Assembly: GCA_964016885.1 (NCBI GenBank)
Contig: OZ024741.1
Span: 276,086,001 to 276,150,000 of the forward strand
DNA: 64,000 bases
Direction: 5' to 3'
DNA from: Eledone cirrhosa
Taxonomy: Eukaryota
A model generated the notes under the pieces. That model saw only the letters and a program-made list of their open reading frames with translations, was not told the origin of the DNA and ran no database searches. Made by a program: the position numbers and the translations under genes. Of this stretch, positions 27,842 to 41,370 are shown one piece after another. Within the stretch, counting starts at the first letter, position 1. Every line of letters starts with the position of its first letter.

Positions 27842-28055
27842 TATATATATATATATATAAATATATGTATATGTACATATTTATATATATATACATATAT
27901 AAATATATGTAAATGTACATATATATATATACAGTGGTAGAACACTGGAAGGTAATATCTGTAGTGGTAGAGCACTCAGTCCATGGGATGAGTTAGGTAG
28001 AAGTGGTAAATACCACTTCTATATATTTACATATATAAATATATGTATATGTACA

Positions 28056-28086
<31 letters not shown>

Positions 28087-28089
28087 ATA

Positions 28090-28138
<49 letters not shown>

Positions 28139-28450
28139 ATATGTACATATATATATATATGTATATACATATACATACATATATAAATGGAAAAAAATTA
28201 AACGAAATTTCATTTCTCACTCTTAGTACGGCTGTTACTTAAATATAAGTATGTACCCGTACATACATATATGTATACAGACGTACAGTAGTATGTATAT
28301 ATATATACATACATGCACACATATATATATGTACGTATGGATTCACCGAACATTTATTATAATGCTCGGTTTGTTTGTAAACAAACATCCCGAATTAAGC
28401 CGTAGTGTCTAGCAACCATCGTTGCTCGTTTGTTCAACACTGACAAAGGA

Positions 28451-28493
28451 ACGATGTACTAGTTTCAAGCTTATTAGCTATCGTCAGCACCGT
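28451..28493 (-). ncRNA. Minimal type I hammerhead ribozyme
   Basis: Minus strand reads ACGGUG-CUGACGA-UAGC-UAAUAA-GCUU-GAAA-CUAG-U-A-CAUCGU. It has the full core, a 6-bp stem I, stem II AGC/GCU and a palindromic CUAG loop III. Confidence 0.75.
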
Positions 28494-28771
28494 ATACCTT
28501 CCTGCCAGATGATTGAACATCTGAAAGTATATACTTTCCTTATGCATATTAACGGCTGAGCAGCCTAATATACTCATACATATATAAATATATGTATATG
28601 TACATATATATAGATATATTCCCATCTAACCCATACTAGCTTGGAAGAACGGACGTAAAACGGTGATGATGATGATGATACATATATAAATATATGTATA
28701 TGTACATATATATATATACATATATAAATATATGTATATGTCCATATATTAGAAGGAAGATGCAGTAGATG

Positions 28772-28893
28772 AGACCACAAGAAACATGGGCTGAAGCTCA
28801 TGGAGGAGATGACGAAGGACCGTGACAAGTGGAGAGATGCTGTCCTGAATAGGACCCATCCCTCCCTTGCAAGCAGGGAAAAGTGGACGTAAA

Positions 28894-28925
<32 letters not shown>
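28772..28925 (+). mobile_element. RTE family A 3' end fragment
   Basis: gaccgtgacaagtggagagatgctgt...aaaagtggacgtaaaat(gat)n. Confidence 0.8.
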
Positions 28926-29150
28926 ACACATACATATATATACACAGACACATACATATATATATGTGCATATATACACGTACATATATATATATACATA
29001 TATACACATACATACATATATATGCATACATACATATATATGCATATATACACATGCATACATATATATGCATATATACACATACATATATATGCATATA
29101 TACACATACATATATATATGCATATATACACATACATCTTTATATATATA

Positions 29151-29281
<131 letters not shown>

Positions 29282-29682
29282 GAAAAAGGGATGAAATCGA
29301 AAATGCAACTGAAGTCTTATTTTTTTAAAAATATATATATTTATTTGGTTCCTTTACCGGTTTCGCAGTTCTTCTGCTTTTCAAAAGGTGAGTTGAGATG
29401 GAGGGTCTGTGGTTTTTCTCACATCGAAAAGTGGACGTAAAATGATGATGATGATGATGATGATGATGATACACATACATATATATACACAGACACATAC
29501 ATATATATATGTGCATATATACACGTACATATATATATATACATATATACACATACATACATATATATGCATACATACATATATATGCATATATACACAT
29601 GCATACATATATATGCATATATACACATACATATATATGCATATATACACATACATATATATATGCATATATACACATACAT

Positions 29683-29767
<85 letters not shown>

Positions 29768-29768
29768 C

Positions 29769-29836
<68 letters not shown>

Positions 29837-30039
29837 TCATCATTTCATTTTACGTCCGCTTTTTCCCTGCTTGCAAGGGTGAGACGGGAACTGGTTATAA
29901 TAATAATGAGTTGGGGGACCCAGCATATTTATTAATGCCAGAACCGGTTGTATCTCAGCGTACTCAATAGGCAATGTAAGATACAATCCCAGAGTATACA
30001 TATAGTTATTAGCTTCAAATCAACACACGTATATATATG

Positions 30040-33000
30040 TGCCCAGCCCACACTGTAACTTGGTCCTATAGGTGTCACAACACAGAGCACCCATTCCACA
30101 CTGTAAAGAGGTCCTATAGGTGTCACAACACAGAGCACCCAGCCCACACTGTAAAGAGGTCCTATAGGTGTCACAACACAGAGCACCCATTCCACACTGT
30201 AAAGAGGTCCTATAGGTGTCACAACACAGAGCACCCATTCCACACTGTAAAGAGGTCCTATAGGTGTCACAACACAGAGCACCCAGCCCACACTGTAACT
30301 TGGTCCTATAGGTGTCACAACACAGAGCACCCATTCCACACTGCAAAGAGGTCATGTAGGTGTCACAACACAGAGCACCCATTCCACACTGTAAAGAGGT
30401 CATGTAGGTGTCACGACACATAACACCCAGCCCACACTGTAAAGAGGTCATGTAGGTGTCACAACACAGAGCACCCATTCCACACTGTAAAGAGGTCATG
30501 TAGGTGTCACGACACATAACACCCAGCCCACACTGTAAAGAGGTCATGTAGGTGTCACAACACAGAGCACCCATTCCACACTGTAAAGAGGTCATGTAGG
30601 TGTCACGACACATAACACCCAGCCCACACTGTAAAGAGGTCATGTAGGTGTCACAACACAGAGCACCCATTCCACACTGTAAAGAGGTCATGTAGGTGTC
30701 ACGACACAGAGCACCCATTCCACACTGTAAAGAGGTCATGTAGGTGTCACGACACATAACACCCAGCCCACACTGTAAAGAGGTCATGTAGGTGTAACAA
30801 CACAGAGCACCCATTCCACACTGTAAAGAGGTCATGTAGGTGTCACGACACATAACACCCAGCCCACACTGTAAAGAGGTCATGTAGGTGTCACAACACA
30901 GAGCACCCATTCCACACTGCAAAGAGGTCATGTAGGTGTCACAACACAGAGCACCCATTCCACACTGTAAAGAGGTCATGTAGGTGTCACGACACATAAC
31001 ACCCAGCCCACACTGTAAAGAGGTCATGTAGGTGTCACAACACAGAGCACCCATTCCACACTGTAAAGAGGTCATGTAGGTGTCACGACACATAACACCT
31101 AGCCCACACTGTAAAGAGGTCAGGTAGGTGTCACGACACATAACACCCAGCCCACACTGTAAAGAGGTCATGTAGGTGTCACAACACAGAGCACCCATTC
31201 CACACTGTAAAGAGGTCATGTAGGTGTCACGACACAGAGCACCCATTCCACACTGTAAAGAGGTCATGTAGGTGTCACGACACATAACACCCAGCCCACA
31301 CTGTAAAGAGGTCATGTAGGTGTCACAACACAGAGCACCCATTCCACACTGTAAAGAGGTCATGTAGGTGTCACGACACAGAGCACCCATTCCACACTGT
31401 AAAGAGGTCATGTAGGTGTCACGACACAGAGCACCCATTCCACACTGTAAAAGGTCATGTAGGTGTCACGACACATAACACCCAGCCCACACTGTAAAGA
31501 GGTCATGTAGGTGTAACAACACAGAGCACCCATTCCACACTGTAAAGAGGTCATGTAGGTGTCACGACACATAACACCCAGCCCACACTGTAAAGAGGTC
31601 ATGTAGGTGTCACAACACAGAGCACCCATTCCACACTGCAAAGAGGTCATGTAGGTGTCACAACACAGAGCACCCATTCCACACTGTAAAGAGGTCATGT
31701 AGGTGTCACGACACATAACACCCAGCCCACACTGTAAAGAGGTCATGTAGGTGTCACAACACAGAGCACCCATTCCACACTGTAAAGAGGTCATGTAGGT
31801 GTCACAACACAGAGCACCCATTCCACACTGTAAAGAGGTCATGTAGGTGTCACGACACATAACACCCAGCCCACACTGTAAAGAGGTCATGTAGGTGTCA
31901 CGACACATAACACCCAGCCCACACTGTAAAGAGGTCATGTAGGTGTCACAACACAGAGCACCCATTCCACACTGTAAAGAGGTCATGTAGGTGTCACGAC
32001 ACATAACACCTAGCCCACACTGTAAAGAGGTCATGTAGGTGTCACGACACATAACACCCTGCCCACACTGTAAAGAGGTCATGTAGGTGTCACAACACAG
32101 AGCACCCATTCCACACTGTAAAGAGGTCATGTAGGTGTCACGACACAGAGCACCCATTCCACACTGTAAAGAGGTCATGTAGGTGTCACGACACATAACA
32201 CCCAGCCCACACTGTAAATTGGTCATGTAGGTGTCACGACACATAACACCCAGCCCACACTGTAAAGAGGTCATGTAGGTGTCACGACACAGAGCACCCA
32301 TTCCACACTGTAAAGAGGTCATGTAGGTGTCACGACACATAACACCCAGCCCACACTGTAAAGAGGTCATGTAGGTGTCACGACACAGAGCTCCCATTCC
32401 ACACTGTAAAGAGGTCATGTAGGTGTCACGACACGGAGCACCCATTCCACACTGTAAAGAGGTCATGTAGGTGTCACGACACAGAGCACCCATTCCACAC
32501 TGTAAAGAGGTCATGTAGGTGTCACGACACAGAGCACCCATTCCACACTGTAAAGAGGTCATGTAGGTGTCACGACACATAACACCCAGCCCACACTGTA
32601 AAGAGGTCATGTAGGTGTCACGACACAGAGCACCCATTCTACACTGTAAAGAGGTCATGTAGGTGTCACAACACAGAGCACCCATTCCACACTGTAAAGA
32701 GGTCATGTAGGTGTCACAACACAGAGCACCCAGCCCACACTGTAACTTGGTCCTATAGGTGTCACAACACAGAGCACCCATTCCACACTGTAAAGAGGTC
32801 ATGTAGGTGTCACAACACAGAGCACCCATTCCACACTGTAAAGAGGTCCTATAGGTGTCACAACACAGAGCACCCATTCCACACTGTAAAGAGGTCATGT
32901 AGGTGTCACGACACAGAGCACCCATTCCACACTGTAAAGAGGTCATGTAGGTGTCACGACACAGAGCACCCATTCCACACTGTAAAGAGGTCATGTAGGT

Positions 33001-36000
33001 GTCACGACACAGAGCACCCATTCCACACTGTAAAGAGGTCATGTAGGTGTCACAACACAGAGTACCCATTCCACACTGTAAAGAGGTCATGTAGGTGTCA
33101 CGACACAGAGCACCCATTCCACACTGTAAAGAGGTCAAGTAGGTGTCACAACACATAACACCCAGCCCACACTGTAAAGAGGTAATGTAGGTGTCACAAC
33201 ACAGAGCTCCCATTCCACACTGTAAAGAGGTCATGTAGGTGTCATGACACAGAGCACCCATTCCACACTGTAAAGAGGTCATGTAGGTGTCACGACACAT
33301 AACACCCAGCCCACACTGTAAAGAGGTCATGTAGGTGTCACGACACATAACACCCAGCCCACACTGTAAAGAGGTCATGTAGGTGTCACAACACAGAGCA
33401 CCCATTCCACACTGTAAAGAGGTCATGTAGGTGTCACAACACAGAGCACCCATTCCACACTGTAAAGAGGTCATGTAGGTGTCACAACACAGAGCACCCA
33501 TTCCACACTGTAAAGAGGTCATGTAGGTGTCACAACACAGAGCACCCATTCCACACTGTAAAGAGGTCATGTAGGTGTCACGACACATAACACCCAGCCC
33601 ACACTGTAAAGAGGTCATGTAGGTGTCACGACACAGAGCACCCATTCCACACTGTAAAGAGGTCATGTAGGTGTCACAACACAGAGCACCCATTCCACAC
33701 TGTAAAGAGGTCATGTAGGTGTCACAACACATAACACCCAGCCCACACTGTAAAGAGGTCATGTAGGTGTCACAACACAGAGCTCCCATTCCACACTGTA
33801 AAGAGGTCATGTAGGTGTATGACACAGAGCACCCATTCCACACTGTAAAGAGGTCATGTAGGTGTCACAACACATAACACCCAGCCCACACTGTAAAGAG
33901 GTCATGTAGGTGTCACGACACATAACACCCATTCCACACTGTAAAGAGGTCATGTAGCTGTCACGACACATAACACCCAGCCCACACTGTAAAGAGGTCA
34001 TGTAGGTGTCACGACACATAACACCCATTCCACACTGTAAAGAGGTCATGTAGCTGTCACGACACATAACACCCAGCCCACACTGTAAAGAGGTCATGTA
34101 GGTGTCACGACACATAACACCCATTCCACACTGTAAAGAGGTCATGTAGCTGTCACGACACATAACACCCATTCCACACTGTAAAGAGGTCATGTAGCTG
34201 TCACGACACATAACACCCAGCCCACACTGTAAAGAGGTCATGTAGGTGTCACGACACATAACACCCAGTACTCACTGTAAAGAGGTCATGTAGGTGTCAC
34301 GACACAGAGCACCCATTCCACACTGTAAAGAGGTCATGTAGGTGTCATGACACATAACACCCAGCCCACACTGTAAAGAGGTCATGTAGGTGTCACGACA
34401 CAGAGCACCCATTCCACACTGTAAAGAGGTCATGTAGGTGTCACGACACATAACACCCAGCCCACACTGTAAAGAGGTCATGTAGGTGTCACGACACAGA
34501 GCACCCATTCCACACTGTAAAGAGGTCATGTAGGTGTCACGACACAGAGCACCCATTCCACACTGTAAAGAGGTCATGTAGGTGTCATGACACATAACAC
34601 CCAGCCCACACTGTAAAGAGGTCATGTAGGTGTCACAACACAGAGCACCCATTCCACACTGTAAAGAGGTCATGTAGGTGTCACAACACAGAGCACCCAT
34701 TCAACACTGTAAAGAGGTCATGTAGGTGTCACAACACAGAGCACCCATTCCACACTGTAAAGAGGTCATGTAGGTGTCACAACACAGAGCACCCATTCCA
34801 CACTGTAAAGAGGTCATGTAGGTGTCACAACACAGAGCACCCATTCCACACTGTAAAGAGGTCATGTAGGTGTCACAACACAGAGCACCCATTCCACACT
34901 GTAAAGAGGTCATGTAGGTGTCACAACACAGAGCACCCATTCCACACTGTAAAGAGGTCATGTAGGTGTCACAACACAGAGCACCCATTCCACACTGTAA
35001 AGAGGTCATGTAGGTGTCACGACACAGAGCACCCATTCCACACTGTAAAGAGGTCATGTAGGTGTCACAACACAGAGCACCCATTCCACACTGTAAAGAG
35101 GTCATGTAGGTGTCACGACACAGAACACCCATTCCACACTGTAAAGAGGTCATGTAGGTGTCACGACACAGAGCACCCATTCCACACTGTAAAGAGATCA
35201 TGTAGGTGTCACAACACAGAGCACCCATTCCACACTGTAAAGAGGTCATGTAGGTGTCTCAACACAGAGCACCCATTCCACACTGTAAAGAGGTCATGTA
35301 GGTGTCACAACAGAGCACCCATTCCACACTGTAAAGAGGTCATGTAGGTGTCACAACACAGAGCACCCATTCCACACTGTAAAGAGGTCATGTAGGTGTC
35401 ACGACACAGAGCACCCATTCCACACTGTAAAAAGGTCATGTAGGTGTCACGACACAGAGCACCCATTCCACACTGTAAAGAGGTCATGTAGGTGTCACGA
35501 CACAGAGCACCCATTCCACACTGTAAAGAGGTCATGTAGGTGTCACGACAGAGAGCACCCATTCCACACTGTAAAGAGGTCATGTAGGTGTCACAACACA
35601 GAGCACCCATTCCACACTGTAAAGAGGTCATGTAGGTGTCACAACACAGAGCACCCATCCCACACTGTAAAGAGGTCATGTAGGTGTCACGACACATAAC
35701 ACCCATTCCACACTGTAAAGAGGTCATGTAGGTGTCACGACACAGAGCACCCATTCCACACTGTAAAGAGGTCATGTAGGTGTCACAACGCAGAGCACCC
35801 ATTCCACACTGTAAAGAGGTCATGTAGGTGTCACAACACAGAGCACCCAGCCCACACTGTAAAGAGGTCATGTAGGTGTCACGACACATAACACCCAGCC
35901 CACACTGTAACTTGGTCCTATAGGTGTCACAACACAGAACACCCATTCCACACTGTAAAGAGGTCATGTAGGTGTCACAACACAGAGCACCCATTCCACA

Positions 36001-38640
36001 CTGTAAAGAGGTCCTATAGGTGTCACAACACAGAGAACCCATTCCACACTGTAACTTGGTCCTATAGGTGTCACAACACAGAGCACCCATCCCACACTGT
36101 AAAGAGGTCATGTAGGTGTCACGACACAGAGCACCCATTCCACACTGTAAAGAGGTCATGTAGGTGTCATGACACATAACACCCAGCCCACACTGTAAAG
36201 AGGTCATGTAGGTGTCACAACACAGAGCACCCATTCCACACTGTAAAGAGGTCATGTAGGTGTCACGACACATAACACCCAGTACTCACTGTAAAGAGGT
36301 CATGTAGGTGTCACGACACATAACACCCATTCCACACTGTAAAGAGGTCATGTAGGTGTCACAACACAGAGCACCCATTCCACACTGTAAAGAGGTCATG
36401 TAGGTGTCACGACACAGAGCACCCATTCCACACTGTAAAGAGGTCATGTAGGTGTCATGACACAGAGCACCCATTCCACACTGTAAAGAGGTCATGTAGG
36501 TGTCACGACATATAACACCCATTCCACACTGTAAAGAGGTCATGTAGGTGTCACAACACAGAGCACCCATTCCACACTGTAAAGAGGTCATGTAGGTGTC
36601 ACGACACAGAGCACCCATTCCACACTGTAAAGAGGTCATGTAGGTGTCACGACACAGAGCACCCATTCCACACTGTAAAGAGGTCATGTAGGTGTCACGA
36701 CACAGAGCACCCATTCCACACTGTAAAGAGGTCATGTAGGTGTCACGACACATAACACCCAGTACTTACTGTAAAGAGGTCATGTAGGTGTCACAACACA
36801 GAGCACCCATTCCATACTGTAAAGAGGTCATGTAGGTGTCACGACACATAACACCCATTCCACACTGTAAAGAGGTCATGTAGGTGTCACAACACAGAGC
36901 ACCCATTCCATACTGTAAAGAGGTCATGTAGGTGTCACGACACATAATACCCAGCCCACACTGTAAAGAGGTCATGTAGGTGTCACAACACAGAGCACCC
37001 ATTCCACACTGTAAAGAGGTCATGTAGGTGTCACAACACAGAGCACCCATTCCACACTGTAAAGAGGTCATGTAGGTGTCACGACACATAACACCCAGCC
37101 CACACTGTAAAGATGTCATGTAGGTGTCACAACACAGAGCACCCATTCCACACTGTAAAGAGGTCATGTAGGTGTCACAACACAGACCACCCATTCCACA
37201 CTGTAAAGAGGTCATGTAGGTGTCACAACACATAACACCCAGCCCACACTGTAAAGAGGTCATGTAGGTGTCACAACACAGAGCACCCATTCCACACTGT
37301 AAAGAGGTCATGTAGGTGTCACGACACAGAGCACCCATTCCATACTGTAAAGAGGTCATGTAGGTGTCACGACACAGAGCACCCATTCCACACTGTAAAG
37401 AGGTCATGTAGGTGTCACGACACAGAGCACCCATTCCACACTGTAAAGAGGTCATGTAGGTGTCACGACACATAACACCCAGCCCACACTGTAAAGAGGT
37501 CATGTAGGTGTCACGACACAGAGCACCCATCCCACACTGTAAAGAGGTCATGTAGGTGTCATGACACAGAGCACCCATTCCACACTGTAAAGAGGTCATG
37601 TAGGTGTCACGACATATAACACCCATTCCACACTGTAAAGAGGTCATGTAGGTGTCACAACACAGAGCACCCATTCCACACTGTAAAGAGGTCATGTAGG
37701 TGTCACGACACAGAGCACCCATTCCACACTGTAAAGAGGTCATGTAGGTGTCACGACACATAACACCCATTCCACACTGTAAAGAGGTCATGTAGGTGTC
37801 ACGACACAGAGCACCCATTCCACACTGTAAAGAGGTCATGTAGGTGTCACGACGCATAACACCCAGTACTTACTGTAAAGAGGTCATGTAGGTGTCACAA
37901 CACAGAGCACCCATTCCATACTGTAAAGAGGTCATGTAGGTGTCACGACACATAACACCCATTCCACACTGTAAAGAGGTCATGTAGGTGTCACAACACA
38001 GAGCACCCATTCCATACTGTAAAGAGGTCATGTAGGTGTCACGACACATAATACCCAGCCCACACTGTAAAGAGGTCATGTAGGTGTCACAACACAGAGC
38101 ACCCATTCCACACTGTAAAGAGGTCATGTAGGTGTCACAACACAGAGCACCCATTCCACACTGTAAAGAGGTCATGTAGGTGTCACGACACATAACACCC
38201 AGCCCACACTGTAAAGAGGTCATGTAGGTGTCACAACACAGAGCACCCATTCCACACTGTAAAGAGGTCATGTAGGTGTCACAACACAGAGCACCCATTC
38301 CACACTGTAAAGAGGTCATGTAGGTGTCACAACACATAACACCCAGCCCACACTGTAAAGAGGTCATGTAGGTGTCACAACACAGAGCACCCATTCCACA
38401 CTGTAAAGAGGTCATGTAGGTGTCACGACACAGAGCACCCATTCCATACTGTAAAGAGGTCATGTAGGTGTCACGACACAGAGCACCCATTCCACACTGT
38501 AAAGAGGTCATGTAGGTGTCACGACACAGAGCACCCATTCCACACTGTAAAGAGGTCATGTAGGTGTCACGACACATAACACCCAGCCCACACTGTAAAG
38601 AGGTCATGTAGGTGTCACAACACAGAGCACCCATTCCACA
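30040..38640. repeat. 48-bp satellite, ~179 copies (cacactgtaaagaggtcatgtaggtgtcacaacacagagcacccattc and variants)
   Basis: Seen directly; 16-aa periodicity in the ORF track. Confidence 0.99.
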
Positions 38641-38692
38641 CATATAACGATATGTGCTTTTACAATTCTCCAGAAAGGCCGGTAGATAGGTA

Positions 38693-38737
38693 AATATTGC
38701 TGATGAGTTGTAACAACAACGAAACTAGTTCAATATT
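38693..38737 (+). ncRNA. Minimal type I hammerhead ribozyme
   Basis: AAUAUUG-CUGAUGA-GUUG-UAACAA-CAAC-GAAA-CUAG-U-U-CAAUAUU. It has a perfect core, a 7-bp stem I, a 4-bp stem II and a palindromic loop III. Stem I extends to 38665-38760. Confidence 0.85.
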
Positions 38738-39338
38738 CCTTGTCTGGCTTTCTGGAGAATAGAGGGAAGGTGTTCCCTCAAAAACCAGTATGACTCTAAA
38801 AACCGGTTTGTCTGTGTGTTTACATACAGAATAGCTGGGTGCTCACAGTAAAGCAACCAGTGAAAGACTTGTTACATATACATATGTATACGTGTGTGTA
38901 TTCATATACACACTAGTATTTCAGTATGCATATGTAGATGTAATTTTTTTAACTTAATTATATTATATATTTATAAATTTACAAGTTTATAAATTTCTGG
39001 TTGGTTGGTTCCACAACCAGATAGTTGTTTATATATAGTCATAGTCCTTTCGTCACACACTCTGTGACCTCTTCAGTGACTGGGGATTCCTTTCTTTGTT
39101 TCTGTGCCTCTCCTTTGTTCTGTCCTACGCCATTTTGTTTCTGTGTGTGTGTTGTGTGCTCAGTCTGCGCATGCGCCACATCCGGGTGTCTGTGTGTGTT
39201 TATGTTCATTTATCTATTTGTTTATTTATTTACTTATTTACATGTTACTGGTTGGTTGTTTGTTCTATGTGTGTGTGTTTTCATTTTGTCCTTAATTGTA
39301 AGTTGTGATGTTGCTACATTCATATACATAATAAAAAA

Positions 39339-39566
39339 AAGGACGATTTGTTATGTCTTCATTACGTTTATTGATTGGTGACGCGCGTTTCACTATTGAT
39401 TAGCTCAAGGTTCGATTTGTATCGATCTGGCCCGACTCTGGAATCAATGGCTCATCGATGATTACAGACTCGGGCCAGATCGATACAGATCGAACCTTGA
39501 GCTAATCAATAGTGAAACGCGTGTCACCAATCAATAAACGTAATGAAGACATAACAAATCGTCCTT
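39339..39566. repeat. ~108-bp inverted repeat with 12-bp spacer (pLTR-like fold-back)
   Basis: 39339-39446 is the reverse complement of 39459-39566 with few mismatches. Confidence 0.9.
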
Positions 39567-40583
39567 GTATTATTATATTTACACTCTGTTTAGCTCTACA
39601 CTTCCTTCATCATCATCATCATCATCATTTCATTTTACATCCGCTTTTCCCTGCTTGCAAGGGTGGGACGGGAACTGATTCTGGCTTGATTTCTACAGCT
39701 GGATGCCCTTCCTAACACCAACCTCATTTACAGTGAGTGCTGGGTGCTTTTTTTCCATGGCGCCTACATGTCCACTTTGCAGTGGAATGATATGGACCCC
39801 AGTCCCTATCATCTCATTTCTACAGCTGAGTAAACTGGAGCAATGTGAAATAAAGTGTCTTGCTCAAGGAAACAACACATCACCCGGTCTGAGAATTAAA
39901 CTCACAACCTTCCCATTGCAAGCCCAATGCTCTAACCACTAAGCCATGTGCCTAAGCCAGACGTAAATCTAAACATCGAGTGCTCACCTGGGTGAACCCA
40001 CAGTATTTGCACATTACACTCCCTAGATATATATTTGCATATGTATTTACATACAAATATATATGCATATATACATACATACATACATACATACATAAAT
40101 GGTGGCTGCCAACTCGTTTTCGAGTACGGCCACTACTTTATATCCATGTAGGAGAACCCCTACCGTTGCGCTGAACGAGTGTGACTTTTTAGTCCAGCCA
40201 GCGACTTGAAAACTCTGGAACAAACACTACACTTGTGACAATTATTGACACATAGTGCTGGGCCCATGGTACCATGTGACGGCAAGTGCAGAGAGATCTC
40301 CAGATATAAAGCAATGCCTGTGCCGTGAAGCTTTTATAGTGAGCAAAGGCACTGCACAAAGCCAGTCCCACTCTCTTAACCAAGATGATATTTACCAAAA
40401 AGAAGAACACATACATGCATATATACAAACATACATACATATACATATGTATACAAACATATATACATACACACACATACATATATACACTCTATGTATA
40501 TATCATCAAGCTGATGACTGCCACAAGAAAGAGTAGTTTTGCTATGATTCCAGTCACTGACCACAATATGTGTATATATATAT

Positions 40584-41120
40584 AGACGGTAGCCACGGAG
40601 GAGGCAGACCCAGAAAAACCTGGGACGACTTGATAAATTCCGACCTCACACACACCTCTCCAAGACAATGTCACTGGACCGAGAGCTTTGGCGCTACACA
40701 GTAATAGAGAAGACCCGCCTTACCTAAGTACAAAGTGAAACCTACTACAGTCAGTAGGCACCTCTAATAAAAATACACCCCCGTCCCACTACCCCCACCC
40801 CATCCACACCACCCCTTTCAATGTAAAGTTATGTTGGTGCCACAACATCCATCCCGAAACAAACGAGGTCGTGTAGGTGTCACGACAAAAAACACACAGT
40901 CCACGCTGTAATGTGGCCGTGTAGGCAACACGGTAAAAACCTCCCAGTCCACACTATAAACATGGTTGGTGTTAGGAAGTGCATCCAGCCGTATTAAACC
41001 CGAGCAGACAGTCCTATGCGAGCAAGACAACCACTCTTGCCTCAAATGGGAAAACTCCCATCCAAACCCATGCAAGCGTGGAACACGGACGTTAAACGAT
41101 GATGATGATGATGATGATGA
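40584..41120 (+). mobile_element. RTE family B 3' fragment
   Basis: Homologous to 26303-26955, with a (gat)n tail. Confidence 0.9.
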
Positions 41121-41149
41121 TATATATCATCATCATATATATATATATA

Positions 41150-41279
41150 TAAGTTATTCCGGGTTGGATCGGAGGTAACCGTAGTAAGTAAGGTACTCAA
41201 TACATAGCAGAGTATAAATGTTTTAATATAAAAGAGCTTTTACAGGACTAGAACTGTTTCATTCGTGAGAAATCTTCAG

Positions 41280-41323
<44 letters not shown>

Positions 41324-41370
41324 GAAGATTTCTCACGAATGAAACAGTTCTAGTCCTGTAAAAGCTCTTT
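41150..41370. mobile_element. pLTR-like fragment with hammerhead core, as a 50-bp inverted repeat around (TA)n
   Basis: 41231-41280 and 41321-41370 are perfect inverted copies; each arm contains CTGAAGA-TTTC-TCAC-GAAT-GAAAC. Confidence 0.7.

Noticed and set aside
30040-38640. CRISPR-like array
   Set aside because: There are no unique spacers, only a few recurring variants; no cas genes; eukaryotic context.
30020-38643. Long Cys/Met-rich ORFs (CGMGALCCDTYMTSLQ)n as a metallothionein- or reflectin-like protein
   Set aside because: They arise from a 48-bp unit lacking stops in one frame. Frameshifts and stops are scattered, and the unit matches retroposon UTR sequence.
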